A stretch of DNA of 53,790 bases, counting the filler, from Sphacelaria rigidula (taxonomy: Eukaryota): assembly GCA_964200075.2 (NCBI GenBank). It is 3 parts of 3 records of this genome, joined end to end, with 100 filler letters (N's around TTAATTAATTAA, not from the genome) between each part and the next. Parts side by side here need not be neighbours in the genome. Positions count along the whole stretch, not along the records: positions 1 to 17,864 come from CAXNAA020000976.1; positions 17,965 to 35,828 come from CAXNAA020000977.1; 1 more part is not named here. One strand, given 5' to 3'. Below the pieces are notes generated by a model that worked only from the letters and a program-made list of their open reading frames with translations, had not been told where the DNA came from and ran no database searches. The position numbers and the translations under genes are program-made. Shown piece after piece: positions 12,003 to 22,833 of the stretch (within the stretch, counting starts at the first letter, position 1; each line of letters opens with the position of its first letter).

Positions 12003-14933
12003 TAGCCTATTTCCAAAAGGCGATATCCCCGTGAAACTCTCAGCCAAGGTTCACTGTTTGTCTCACCTGACGTTTCTTTTTCGCGGCTAAGTGTAGGTCG
12101 GTGAGGCGTAGTAGTTGCCATACGAAGTATTTTCCGGATCTTACAACAAACGGGAGGTTCCATAGTTTTCCAGCTATGCCTAGTACGTCTTGCGCGGTCG
12201 CGCGTGTCTTGCCCGCGGGCCAGTCGCGCTTCAGCGATTCTTTGATTGCTTCGACCTTTTCTCGAGTGACCGCTATCCTCATGGTGTGTGTGTCGATCGT
12301 GAATCCCAACGCGTCTACACTGGTGTCCCAGTTTGTACTTTTTTTAGGTGCGAGGATGGGTATCTCGCCTGGCTCTCCGGGACCGAACAGTCTGATGTGA
12401 TCTGAGGCTAGCGAAGCTGACGCGGCTAGCGCCGATTTATCTTGCGCGCCGTGCTGTACCTTTGCTAGGATATAGTCGTCCACATACACGCTAACGAAAG
12501 AGGGGTCGTGCAGTCCCCCCCCGTTTGCCGGGGGAATAGCAGCGTCGGGCGGGACCTTTGTAGGTGTCCCTTCTTCCCAGGGCTCGACTATGGTCACGTG
12601 CTCCATCATCTCTCTACCTCCTTTGAGTATTGCGGCGTTGAGTATTGTGATATTGCAGTGTGCGTGTTCAGTGGCCTGTGATAAGAGTCCCCAGTAGCCG
12701 GGGGATCCCGTCCACCCAAACGTGAGCCGAAAGTCTGCTACTATAACGCCGTCTACCACGTAGCAGCAGTATTGCGCCTGGTCGGGCGCGATCCTGACAT
12801 TTCTGAATGCATTCGAGACGTCCGCCTTTGACAGTAGGATTCTTCTATCCGGAAACTTGACAGGGAACTTCAGGCGTTCATTCAGTAGTTTCAGGAGTGC
12901 CTCGCCGCAGAGGCATTGCGACACTTCGTTCACAATCGTGTCCCGGTTGAGGCCACCTGTTTGTCCCTTCGGTAGGCTGGGGTCGAACGAAAAATCGTTG
13001 ATAATCCTGACTTTGCTTGTTACTACTGCCCCAAGCGGGGCCACTCTGAGGTCGCTGATTTCGAGCGCCGCCCCTTTTCCAAACACGAGGCATCTGTTCC
13101 TTCGTACATTATCTACCAACTTTTCCAGACTTGAGGCATATGTTCTTCAATACTGTGATGATTACCGTATTTCAGCGCTCCTCGAGGATCGGGACCGCGA
13201 TACGATGTGTTCATTGGGACTCCGTACTCGATCATGTGCAGGAGCTCTAGTATCCGAGGGAAGTGTCTTTGGTTTCCGAAACACTCGTGGATGTCTCTCA
13301 GGTTCATCGGCGGCGACACCAAAGTGCCGCCGAGCCCCTTTGCTACGTCCCCGATTCTTCCGTAGTTGAGTCGGACGAGACTCGTGCAGATGGCGGCTAG
13401 GTCTGTGATGATGCGTTCCATTCCTGTTAGATCTATGTGGGTATTTGATAGTTCTTGCTGTTGCTGTTTCCACCGGGTATTGACGTTTTTGCTTGGGTAG
13501 TCTGTGTGTATGGTTGGGCTTCGGTGGCGTGTGGTCCCAACTGGAGGTGAGTTCCTCACCGACCCGAAATTTCGCCTATCGGTGATCTCATTACTGTCGG
13601 TGTTTTTTTTCTTCTCTGCGGGCTTCTCACTCGTCAACGTGTAGGAGCCGTTGTCTGGTGCCATCTGTGTGTAACTGTTGGTCAACGGTTTTGTTTTAGT
13701 GCACCAGGTGCTGCTTTGAACTCGTGCACGCTTTCCGCTTGTCGACATGGACGTGCCGTTGTCCAGGGTTCCCTCGGAACTACTAGAACATGGGTCTTCT
13801 TCTGCACCTCTATGCTTATGTTACTCGTTATTGAGTGTGCACGCTTTGCGCTCGTCAACATGGACGTGCCGTTGTTCAGGATTCCCTTGGAACTGCCGAA
13901 CGCCGTGTCTTCTTCAGCATTAGGTGTGATTCGAATGTCACGGGGAGCGTGAGTTCTGTTATTGTCTGATCTACCGACGTTCAGGGTTACTTGTGCGTAA
14001 CTGCCGAGCGCCGGGTCTTCATCTGTGCTGCGATGATGGTTCGTTCGAAGTCTTGCATGCTTTGCGCTCGTCAACATGGACGTGCCGTTGTCCAGGGTTC
14101 CCTCGGAACTGCCAGACAACGGGTCTTCTTCTGCATCTCTATGTTCTTTTGCTCCCCTTACGTTACTGGTTATCGAGTTTGCACGCTTTGCGCTCGTCAA
14201 CATGGACGTGCCATTGTTCAGGGTTCCCTCGGAACTGCCGAACCCCGTGTCTTCTTCAGCATTAGGTGTGATTCGAATTTCACGAGGAGCGTGAGTTCTG
14301 TTATTGTCTGATCTACCGACGTTCAGGGTTACTTTTGCGTAACTGCCGACCGCCGGGTCTGCTTCTACACGTCTCCTGTCTGTAGGGATGTGCGAAGTCT
14401 GCGTGTACTACTGTTGTTTTCATTAGTCATGGACAAGCAGATTACCTGATTTTGTTGCTGACTTACCTGTGCACGCTCGTGAATTCCGTTGTACCTCAGA
14501 GTCGACCGGTTACTGTGGTCGTGCGGGCCGTTGTTCGCGTGTTTGTCGTTTTGCGTGTTATTGCGCGGGGCGGTGATCTCATCGAATATTTCATGCGTGT
14601 GAGCTCTACCGTCCAATCTAGTGTACCCTGCCGACATTTGCATGTTACAGTACGTCTTGGTGGGGTAGGTCATCGACTTTTTTGTCGGGCGTGGGTAATG
14701 CGGAATGGGATCACGCGATCTACCGCTGTGACGTGCTTGAGCGTTGCTACATGCGTCGGTACTTCTGTTCTCACCGTGAAAGAAGCTTGCCGCCACCAAT
14801 CCCGGTTGGGGGGCCTGGGCGATACCCACCGACCTCGCTGAGTCCGTGACCGGTGCTCCTCCTCCCCCCAGACTGGTAGGCCCCGCCGACTGGCGGAGCC
14901 CACACCCTCAGGTGCCCCGCCCAGCTCCGCCAT
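12003..14933 (-). pseudogene. Disrupted pol / reverse transcriptase ORF of the DIRS/Ngaro-type element (RT core ~12003-13450)
   Basis: ORF 13113..13748 (...ALKYGNHHSIEEHMPQVWK) joins ORF 12040..13119 (LVDNVRRNRCLVF...YVDD) across a 1-nt frameshift at ~13121-13124. Beyond 12040 the frame reads LG*EFHGDIAFWK*AI with two stops at likely Trp codons. A probable start (MAELGG, 14933) overlaps the end of Gag. Confidence 0.85.
13722..14362. repeat. Internal higher-order tandem duplication (A-A-B)x2, period ~340 bp, in the pol N-terminal region
   Basis: CGCTCGTCAACATGGACGTGCCGTTG..CAGGGTTCCCTCGGAACT occurs 4 times (~13735, 13848, 14065, 14190); TTAGGTGTGATTCGAAT...CTACCGACGTTCAGGGTTACTT occurs twice (~13920, ~14262). 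Confidence 0.9.
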
Positions 14934-16882
14934 TTCCGCCGAAGTTGAGGGAAAACCGCGCCACTGTACTCGCTGCGGCCGCCGGTGCCGCTGGTGCTAG
15001 TGGTTTTGCTGTCGCCGCGGTCGGGGGTGTTGGAGTTATCTTGAACACCGCTGGCGGCTGGAGGGGAGGGCCTTCGACGGCTTCATGCTTGCTGGTGTGG
15101 TCCGGGAGGCGGCAGCCGCGCCCCCGTGGGCACGTGAGGCCCTGCCATGCTCGTAAGCAGACGCCCGCCGGCGGGGTCCATGATGTCAGTTCCGTGTTGA
15201 AATCGGTGTTCGGCGGCGTGAGGTGTAGCCACTGGGGCGGGTACGACGGAGGGTGGGGAGCGACGCGTTTTACCGCGTTGCTCGTGCCTCCGTCGGGGAG
15301 CGCCTTCCGCTTGACGGCTGTCTTGGAGGCGAGCTGTGCGGGTGAGCCTACTACCGTGAGCCCGGGGTTTTGGCGTCCAATGACGCTGCTGGGGTGGCCG
15401 TCAGCGGTGAGTGTCTTCACGCGGATGAACGCTGGTATCGGCGTCGCGGAGCCCTGCCCGTCGGTGAGTGGGGCGGCGGGAGCCTCCATGCGTAGATTCA
15501 GCCCAGCGTCCCTGCAGTCTGTCAGCCACCCGTTGATGTCGTGATTGAAGTCGGTAATTATGCGGGTTTTTACTGCCGCCTCGTCTCTGTGTAGAGCGGC
15601 GTAGTTTTTCCCGGTGTACGCGTCCAGCGCCGACGTCATCCTCGTCAGCTTTCCTGTGATGAAAGCTCTCCTTTCCCGCTCGTCGTCGTTATCGTTGGTG
15701 CCGAAGTTGATGATGATGATGGCCAGCGCCTTGGTGAATGTGGTGACGTGAACCTCGGCGCGGAAGTAAGTTTTTTCTATGCCAGGAGGCACCGGGGAGT
15801 GAAAGTTGGCGACGTCTACGTCGGCAAACGTCTGAAGGTTGATGAGCATGCCCCGGTTGGTGTCTGCCACGTCGCGGAGTTTAAGCTTCAGGTTTGTATC
15901 GGACATGGGAATGGAAATGAGGACCCCGCCCCCGAGAATGTGCAAGAATGCCTTGTTTTCGTCCGAGAGCCAGCTGTTAATCTCCCGCTTCTCCTGCATT
16001 TCTTCGGCCTTCTTTGTACTGGCGGGGGCGGTGTTGGTCGCTTCTATTGCATGAATGAGTTGTTGGATCTGTCCCCCTCCCCCACCATTGAAAAGGTGGA
16101 GGAGTTGGTGGATCTGGGATTGCGACTGTGCTTGGTAGTATTGCTGTGGTTGATGTTGATGGTGTTGTTGTACGTGGTGCTGATCCGGCTGCGGTTGCTG
16201 ATGGCGCGGCTGCGGCTGCGGCTGTTGGTGTTGGTGTTGCAGGTGCTGCTGAGGTTGATGATGTTGCTGCTGCTGTTGCGGTTGTTGGTGATGGTGATGT
16301 GGCTGCGGCTGTTGGTGTTGATGATGTGGTAGCGGCCCTCCGATGGATGGCGGGAGTGGGACGTTGGGTGTGAGCAGGGGGAACCCGTATACTCTTGCCC
16401 GCGCTATGTGCTGTTGCTGTGCGGCGCTCGCCGGCTGCCGGCCGGCCCCGCCTTGCGCGGCCCCGCCTTGCGGTTGTGGTTGTCCGTACTGGAGAAGATG
16501 CACTGGCTGTTGAAGGGTCGAAATTGCTTGGCTCTGCTGCTGTTGTTGTCTGTGCAGGTTTTGCTGGTGTTGCTGTTCCATGTTGATGTTTGTTTTTACC
16601 TGTGCCTGCAGGATTTGAGCTAGAATGTCTGACGGCCGGCTTGGGCCAGGTGGGGGTCCGAGTGGAGGTGGTGGGGGTGCTGGTGCGTCAGTGTTTAACT
16701 GGCCTGCACTACCCTGCGGGCCGGCGTGCTGATTGGTGGAGGTCGAGTTGCTGTGCGCGCCTCCGGCTTGCGGTACCAGAACTCGGCCTGGTTTCCCTCC
16801 TGCGGCCCTTCCTCCTTTTGCTCCTGCCGTTGCTCGAGCTCTTGACGTGCCCCTGTGCTGGTGTTGGCCTTGGCTCTGCGAA

Positions 16883-16915
<33 letters not shown>

Positions 16916-16938
16916 CCCGATGCTGGTGTGTCGTCCAT
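14908..16938 (-). CDS. Gag-like ORF1 of the retroelement, 676 aa, with poly-Ala and Gln/His/Pro-rich N-terminal half and C-terminal CCCH zinc finger
   Basis: Uninterrupted intronless ORF directly upstream of pol on the same strand; motif CLRAWQGLTCPRGRGCRLPDH (C-x8-C-x5-C-x4-H). Confidence 0.8.
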
Positions 16939-17864
16939 CGTAAAAATCGATCAAGTGCCAGGGACTACTGTACTACTGAGACTGCTGGCGTGTCGCTGTC
17001 TGGTCAACTGGTCTCGAGTGATACTGTCTGCTTCTTTGGTGCTCTTGCACCAGACCAATCTCGCCCGCTTGAACCAACTCTGCGGCGGTTGCGCCTTGGC
17101 CACGCGATCCCTTATATCTTATTTCAAGTTCGGCATACACCAAAGTACATCCCTTATAACTTGTCATCCGCCAACACAAACCTCGTATTCTTACTGAATA
17201 CACCCATTTGTCCTTGTGACAGGGATGGTAGGGAGAATCATACGAGTACGCACCTCATGCATCTTTCGACGGCTTAGTACTGTATTATCAGTACAAGTCA
17301 ACCGCTACTTTGCTTGTGAATTTCTCCGCCGTGTCTGAACGAATCAGCCTGAAAATTGGCACAGAGGTAGATCACAACACAGATAGCATATTTTCGAATC
17401 GGTGGCACGTTTTACGTGGTGCGCAAGACGCACAAAGCGAACATGGAGTTTGGGCAATGCCATCGATACGCCCTCAAAATGGAGTCCCCTCGGCCCAGAC
17501 TGGGTGAGACGTCAGCGAATGCATATGTGGACGAGCAGATGCGTTCACTTCCACATCATGACCGGCTGGGTGGCTCTTGCCCCCGCGAATTAGCATCGAT
17601 TCGTATTGGGCGCACTCTGGATGATGTGTCATTCTACGTGGTACCTATCTTGGTATCGCCTGTAGAGGAACCCACTTCAGGAGGCACGGTCGTGCAAGCG
17701 CTGTCAAACAAGGTTTTCGTGAGATTGAGAGTTGGGTGCGGATTGAGAGTGGCTTTGATCATTCTCTTTAACTTGGCCAATTTTTTATTCCGTGTGTGCT
17801 TTTCTTCGTCTCATCACTGCCATGTGCTTACAGCTACACATTGATACCCTACTCAGGGGTATCG

Positions 17865-17964
17865 NNNNNNNNNNNNNNNNNNNNNNNNNNNNNNNNNNNN
17901 NNNNNNNNTTAATTAATTAANNNNNNNNNNNNNNNNNNNNNNNNNNNNNNNNNNNNNNNNNNNN
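17865..17964. other. Scaffold gap (N44-TTAATTAATTAA-N44 linker)
   Basis: 100-nt N run with a central TTAATTAATTAA all-frame stop linker; identical to 35829-35928. Confidence 0.97.
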
Positions 17965-18050
17965 GTCTCTGGCCACCATCTATCCCCTAGTATAGCCATC
18001 GTTTTCTCTCTACTGTCTAGTGCATCAAACGATTCCATCGACGCACCGGG
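17965..18050 (-). mobile_element. Fragment of a LINE ORF2 C-terminal region running into the gap
   Basis: Minus-strand translation ASMESFDALDSREKTMAILGDRWWPE resembles, from recall, the C-terminus of non-LTR RT ORFs common in brown algal genomes. Confidence 0.55.
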
Positions 18051-18119
18051 GGCGAACAAGAAGCGGAAGAATGGATGAACAAATAACATGGATAAACGGA
18101 GTGAGTTGAGAAGCACGAA

Positions 18120-18155
<36 letters not shown>
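18120..18155. repeat. (AAC)n microsatellite, about 11 units
   Basis: Directly visible AACAACAAC tract. Confidence 0.95.
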
Positions 18156-18239
18156 GACGAACCAGGGAAATAAGTGAATGGGAATGAAGAACTAAGCAAG
18201 CAAAAGGAGAGGATGGAGTGACGAAATTGACTTAGAAAT

Positions 18240-18900
18240 GCCCGGCCGTTGCAACATGTCTTCAGATGGAAAAGGCTGTGGGAACAGGGGGCAGCTCAGT
18301 TTTATGGGACCATTCTAGGGGGGCATGAACACTCACCCATGAGCTCTAAAGAAGCAAGGCACCACACTGCTACTGTTCAACATTGATAACGAAGAATCTC
18401 GTCGAGCATGAACTCTCACCCATGAGTCCTAACGGAGCAAGGCACCACACTGCTACTGCTGAACACTGATAGCGAAGAATGGGCGAGAAAAAGACAGAGA
18501 TGTAACGAGAAGGAAGCATGGAAAGAGAGAGAGACATGGAAAGAGGGAGAGACAGCAAAGAAGATGACAAACACAAGAGCGATGCTAACCTGAGAACAAT
18601 GCAAATTATGTACAAGAGCACAACCGGGAATACCGCAAGACTCTAGGCCGAGAAAAAAGTCAACAGCCACTGAGAAAGATTAGAGGTAGATCAGTTTCCG
18701 TCTCTGGATTCCTTGAATCCCGTCGTTGTTGTATCAACAGTGGCGGCACTCGAATAACGCCTCTCGCCATAGCAGCCTCTCGTTTGTGGCGAAGGTCCGA
18801 GTTATTCTTTGCCTCCGCGTCACCATATCTCCTCGCACTCTTCTGCGCCTTTCTCGATTCCTAGGTGCTTTTTTTCTCCTCCTACCCCCGACCGCCGCCC
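18240..18900 (-). mobile_element. Decayed LINE 3' end (related to 7808-8790) with an ~82-bp direct duplication in its 3' UTR
   Basis: Minus-strand remnant KHLGIEKGAEECEEIW matches GVEKGAEEFEDTW at ~8500; CCATGAG..CTAA.G.AGCAAGGCACCACACTGCTACTG.T.AACA.TGATA.CGAAGAAT occurs twice at ~18337 and ~18419. Confidence 0.55.
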
Positions 18901-19189
18901 GACTTGGGATGTTTTGTGTCGGGGTAAGCGAACCCCAACTAGAACCAAACGACACAACCTCGCGTAGGAAAGAGTGGCATGACCTCCAGACCAGTCTGTG
19001 TTTTGTGACAGCGGCGATGCGACTGGGCAGCGGCACACGCCATTTTTGGAACTCAAACTAAACCCTCCAGCTGCGAAGTTTCACTCTGTACGAGGATCCC
19101 AACTACATCCCACAGCTGCAGAGTGTTGCCCGAAGCTGAGGCACTGTCACAGGAAAAGCGCACTACTGGGAATGATGCACGTGTGAGAT

Positions 19190-19545
19190 AACCCCTGATT
19201 CGGCGGATCGAAGCTACCGACCCTTGAGGGCAGGGCGACACCCTCCCCGCGAAACCAAAACGAAAGGCAAACGCCATTACCAACGTGCCAAGGTAGGATT
19301 TGAATGAAAACAAACACTCGCAAGTAGGTTAGGGAGAATGAGACCCCAGAGGAGGGCACAACAGAGAGAGAAAACGTGTGAATATTGGGGTCCGGCTGGA
19401 GCTAGACTGCATATAGAGGAGCTCAAAGTGGCGATCTACAACGTTGGTACACTGTCTCTAGCGGGAACGAACGGGCTGGACATGATTTTGCGGTCCTGCA
19501 AAACGTCAGGTGGTGGGATATGACATAACTGCAAGAAACATGGAG
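19190..19545 (+). mobile_element. 5' end of an APE-endonuclease LINE (RTE-like), decayed
   Basis: Translation ELKVAIYNVGTLSLAGTNGLDMILRSCKTSG, continuing in another frame to ..YDITARN, matches the first strand of AP-like endonucleases (LxxxTxNVRTL ... DIxxLQETR). Confidence 0.55.
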
Positions 19546-22500
19546 GCCGGCTTGAACCGAATCCTCGGCTGCGGGATACCGTGTCCCTTTGCTGTTGATA
19601 AAACCCATTTCACTAGCTCCGTTTGCAGACGAATCTGTACCAACAACAATCACTTTGTGTCTCGTCGGAAACTCAAAATTGTCCAGATGTACAGGCTGGT
19701 TTAGGGCGAGTCCCCAAAGTTGACCCCCTGTAGATACAAAACGCAGAAGTGACCCGATAGAAACACATTTGGTATCATAGTGATCCCCACAAGCAAGGCA
19801 ACAGCGTGGCATGGCCAGATTTCTCGCGTCCTTCGCCGTTGCGCTGTTATTGAAAATGTTGTCAGGCCAATCGGCGGCCTTTCAATTATCTGGAATTAAA
19901 GCTGCGAATTTCCGACTCGGTTTGTACCCATTCTTATCACGAATCGAACCGTAGTATCTGCCATCAGCTGGGGAATCCAATGCACAAAGCAGATTTTTGG
20001 GGAGGGTTTGTATGGGATCGATTGATACCTCCAAAATGTGATGGTTCCGTGATGCGGGGGTTTGACGTCTTCCGATTTCCGCTGATGGTATGCATCGAAG
20101 ATCTAGAAGGCCCCTTGATCTTCCTTGTAGCTTTCGTAGAAATGCTCGGATTATCCTCGGCCTGTGCAGTCTGGCAGATATGGGTCCTAGGAACGTTCGT
20201 ACAAAAGTTTGTAGCGTAGCTCAACCAGCTGATCCCAAAAATCGATTTCAGCTCAAACGCACAGGAAAAACGTGGAGAGCATACCATGACCAAGTTCCGC
20301 GTTCATCTGCATACTTCAACGCACAAGCGGCCAATTGCCCACACCTTTTGTTTTACTGAGACCCTAAACGTTTGCACACGGGTGCTCTGATATAGCTGGT
20401 AGGGCTGTTTGAATCCGGTCTTTCGATTTTCGGCGTCCCAGGAGGGTGGGTACCTCGAACCAGTATCGAAGCTCGATTTTTGCACAGCTTGAAAAATGCG
20501 GCGGTTGTAGCAGTGAGCGTGCAATATTTCTCCACTGTTGACAGTACAGAAAAGACTCGACAAAGAGGCACGACACCTACCGTATGCACCAATCCCGGAG
20601 AAGCACGCACAGACACCCACCACCTACGCACGTGAGCTCCACCGCTAGCCCTTGCTATCTAAACACAGCAGAAGAGTCTTTGTTCGACGTGAATCCGTTC
20701 CGTATTGGAGGAGGGGCGACGGCATGCGTGTCAATTTCAACCGAACACGTACTATTGCTGGCCCTCATATCTGTGTTTCCGCCGCGCCTCTGACACGAGC
20801 TGTTGTGCTTTTTGGAATCTTGAGCGATTTCATCGAAGCCCAGGCAAGCACGTGCTTAGCTCATCAACAGCCACAGCTTGATCTTCATTTGTTTCGTTCG
20901 CGGAGGCAGTGGAACTCTCCATTTTGTTAGTGCGTGGTCGTTTTGGGTTGTGTGTCACACCTCTGGATGAGCCTTTGCCGATGGTACACTTTCGTCCCCT
21001 TTCTTTCGACTAGGCTGATCATTGGTTCGGCTTCACCGATGTGAATTCATCCCATACGAAAGTTCAGAAATATACCGACGCAAGCCGATTTTTTTGCCTT
21101 TTGTCTGAGAAGGTGTCGAGTATCGCATCGACGAATCTCATCTCACATACAGCAAACAGATCTTTGAGACGGCTGATTCCTCCGTTTCGACGAGACAGGC
21201 CTTAACGTAATTGAATTGAGCGCAATTCTTCTATGATCATCTTTGAACCGACTCGGAAACAAGAATACGTACTAACGACACACGTACAATGCCGGACACG
21301 TGAACAAGAAGTGATGATCCAAGGGATAGAGCATCTCAGTCGAGGCACCACCACCCTAGTCCTTCTACAAGTTATACTCCAGCGGGAAGGGCAGGTACTC
21401 TGGATCCAAGCGGGTAAGCTATCACACGTGGTCAGACTTCTACAAATTAACGGTGTTTCATATTTTATGTGTGACCCTTTTGGAACCCACTGATGACTTT
21501 TGTTTATGTGAATCGGCATCATTCTCAGTGATTTCAAGTCAAGATGATGCTGATTCACAACGACAAAAATCGTCAGTGGGTTCTCAAAGGTTTGAATGTG
21601 CATGTGCTGATCACTGGGGTGAATGCTTGTGCACAAGTACATGAACGTTTGTCGTGTGCATGCTTTCTGTGACTTCACAACTAATCACGCCCTGCAACTC
21701 TTGAAACGTTGCATGGAGTCAGTCCAGCTTGTTCAATAGGTACGAAGTGAAGTTATTTCCTTCCCACTGGCAGAGGTATCCTCCCAGACATATCCGGGGG
21801 TGCAGGTGGTGATACTGGGGTCAAGACGTATGTTTTGGGCGGCATGGGGCTTGGGTTCTGCTAAACCCAACTACTCAAACCTGGGATGGAGGAAATAAGT
21901 GTTTTTTGGGCGAAGGAATACTTGGTAGGTCGACTCTAGTTTTGGGTTGGGTGTGAAGTGTTTGGGCGACATGTAGAGAAGGCCAACGTGGCCTGGCTGA
22001 GGTTGTCATGGTGAAAAACCCACGAAGCTGCTACCATTTGCCTCGCACATCGCTTTCATCACAGATACACTAAACTTGTCTGGACTGGACTGGACTGATT
22101 GTTTGATTCAACACTCGTGCTATTGCTGGCTTCGCTGTAGGTGTACCATCTATACTGAAAGGTTGTTGCGATGGCGTAGCTAGATCTGTTTCGTGAATCT
22201 AGGTCTGCCTAGGTGTAACTTCCAACGTATAAGCTATGAAGAACGCCGACCTAGCAGTATGACTTCAAGATGTTGGCCCGAAGCATGGGCTGTTACAGAG
22301 TTGTCCTCTATGTCGGTTTTGAGAAATGGTCGCATGGTACGGTCCATGATCCGCGCTATATCGCTGAGATGCTACTCCATTTTCTTGGTTCCGCTCGGAT
22401 CACGATATGTGACTATTTGAAAATTGCTGTGTCACACGTGGCTGGAGCACTGCGGTACCTACTGCGTTGAGTTTCTATACTTGCGGAAATCTAAGTTCCG

Positions 22501-22571
22501 CAGTAATCACAGCCATTTGCACGCCGTACAGGCTCGGCCAGCCTACAAGCGGATTTGTACCTTTGCAGGCG

Positions 22572-22833
22572 AATTCGCAATTTTTCTCTTGGAGTTGGAA
22601 AGTAAAATTTCGTATGGACAATCAACAGGGCATGAAGAAAAGCTGCTGTGAGGTCCCGAAGGTCTTTTTTTTTTTCATGAGTGAAGGGGATTTTATTAAA
22701 ACCTCAAAGCTGATTATTGACCTTAACTCATGAAGAAAACAAAATGGGAACCTCACAAATAGCTTTTCTTCATGCCCTGTTGGTTGTCCATACAAAATTT
22801 CACTGTCCAACTCCAAGAAGATAAGTTGTGAAT
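22572..22833. repeat. Foldback inverted repeat, ~110-bp arms with ~40-bp spacer
   Basis: TCTTGGAGTTGGAAAGTAAAATTTCGTATGGACAATCAACAGGGCATGAAGAAAAGCT is mirrored by AGCTTTTCTTCATGCCCTGTTGGTTGTCCATACAAAATTTCACTGTCCAACTCCAAGA; both strands give the same peptide (IFLELDSEILYGQPTGHEEKL). Confidence 0.88.

Larger units (their letters stand above)
12003..16938 (-). mobile_element. DIRS/Ngaro-type (tyrosine-recombinase class) retrotransposon, decayed and 3'-truncated
   Basis: Gag-like ORF followed by an overlapping disrupted pol with DIRS-type RT motifs (YGNHHS, RVAPLGAV, KVRIINDFSF, KADVSNAFRNV, LTFGWTGSPGYW, YVDD, LGFTIDT). No RNase H, tyrosine recombinase or terminal repeats are visible, so the subgroup is inferred from RT style and ORF layout. 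Confidence 0.8.

Noticed and set aside
14846-17277. Plus-strand ORFs rich in Leu/Val/Cys/Ala runs
   Set aside because: Antisense of the CAG-rich Gag ORF.
17865-17964. TTAATTAATTAA palindrome inside N runs (also 35829-35928)
   Set aside because: Identical 100-nt design at both sites; an artificial contig linker, not biological sequence.
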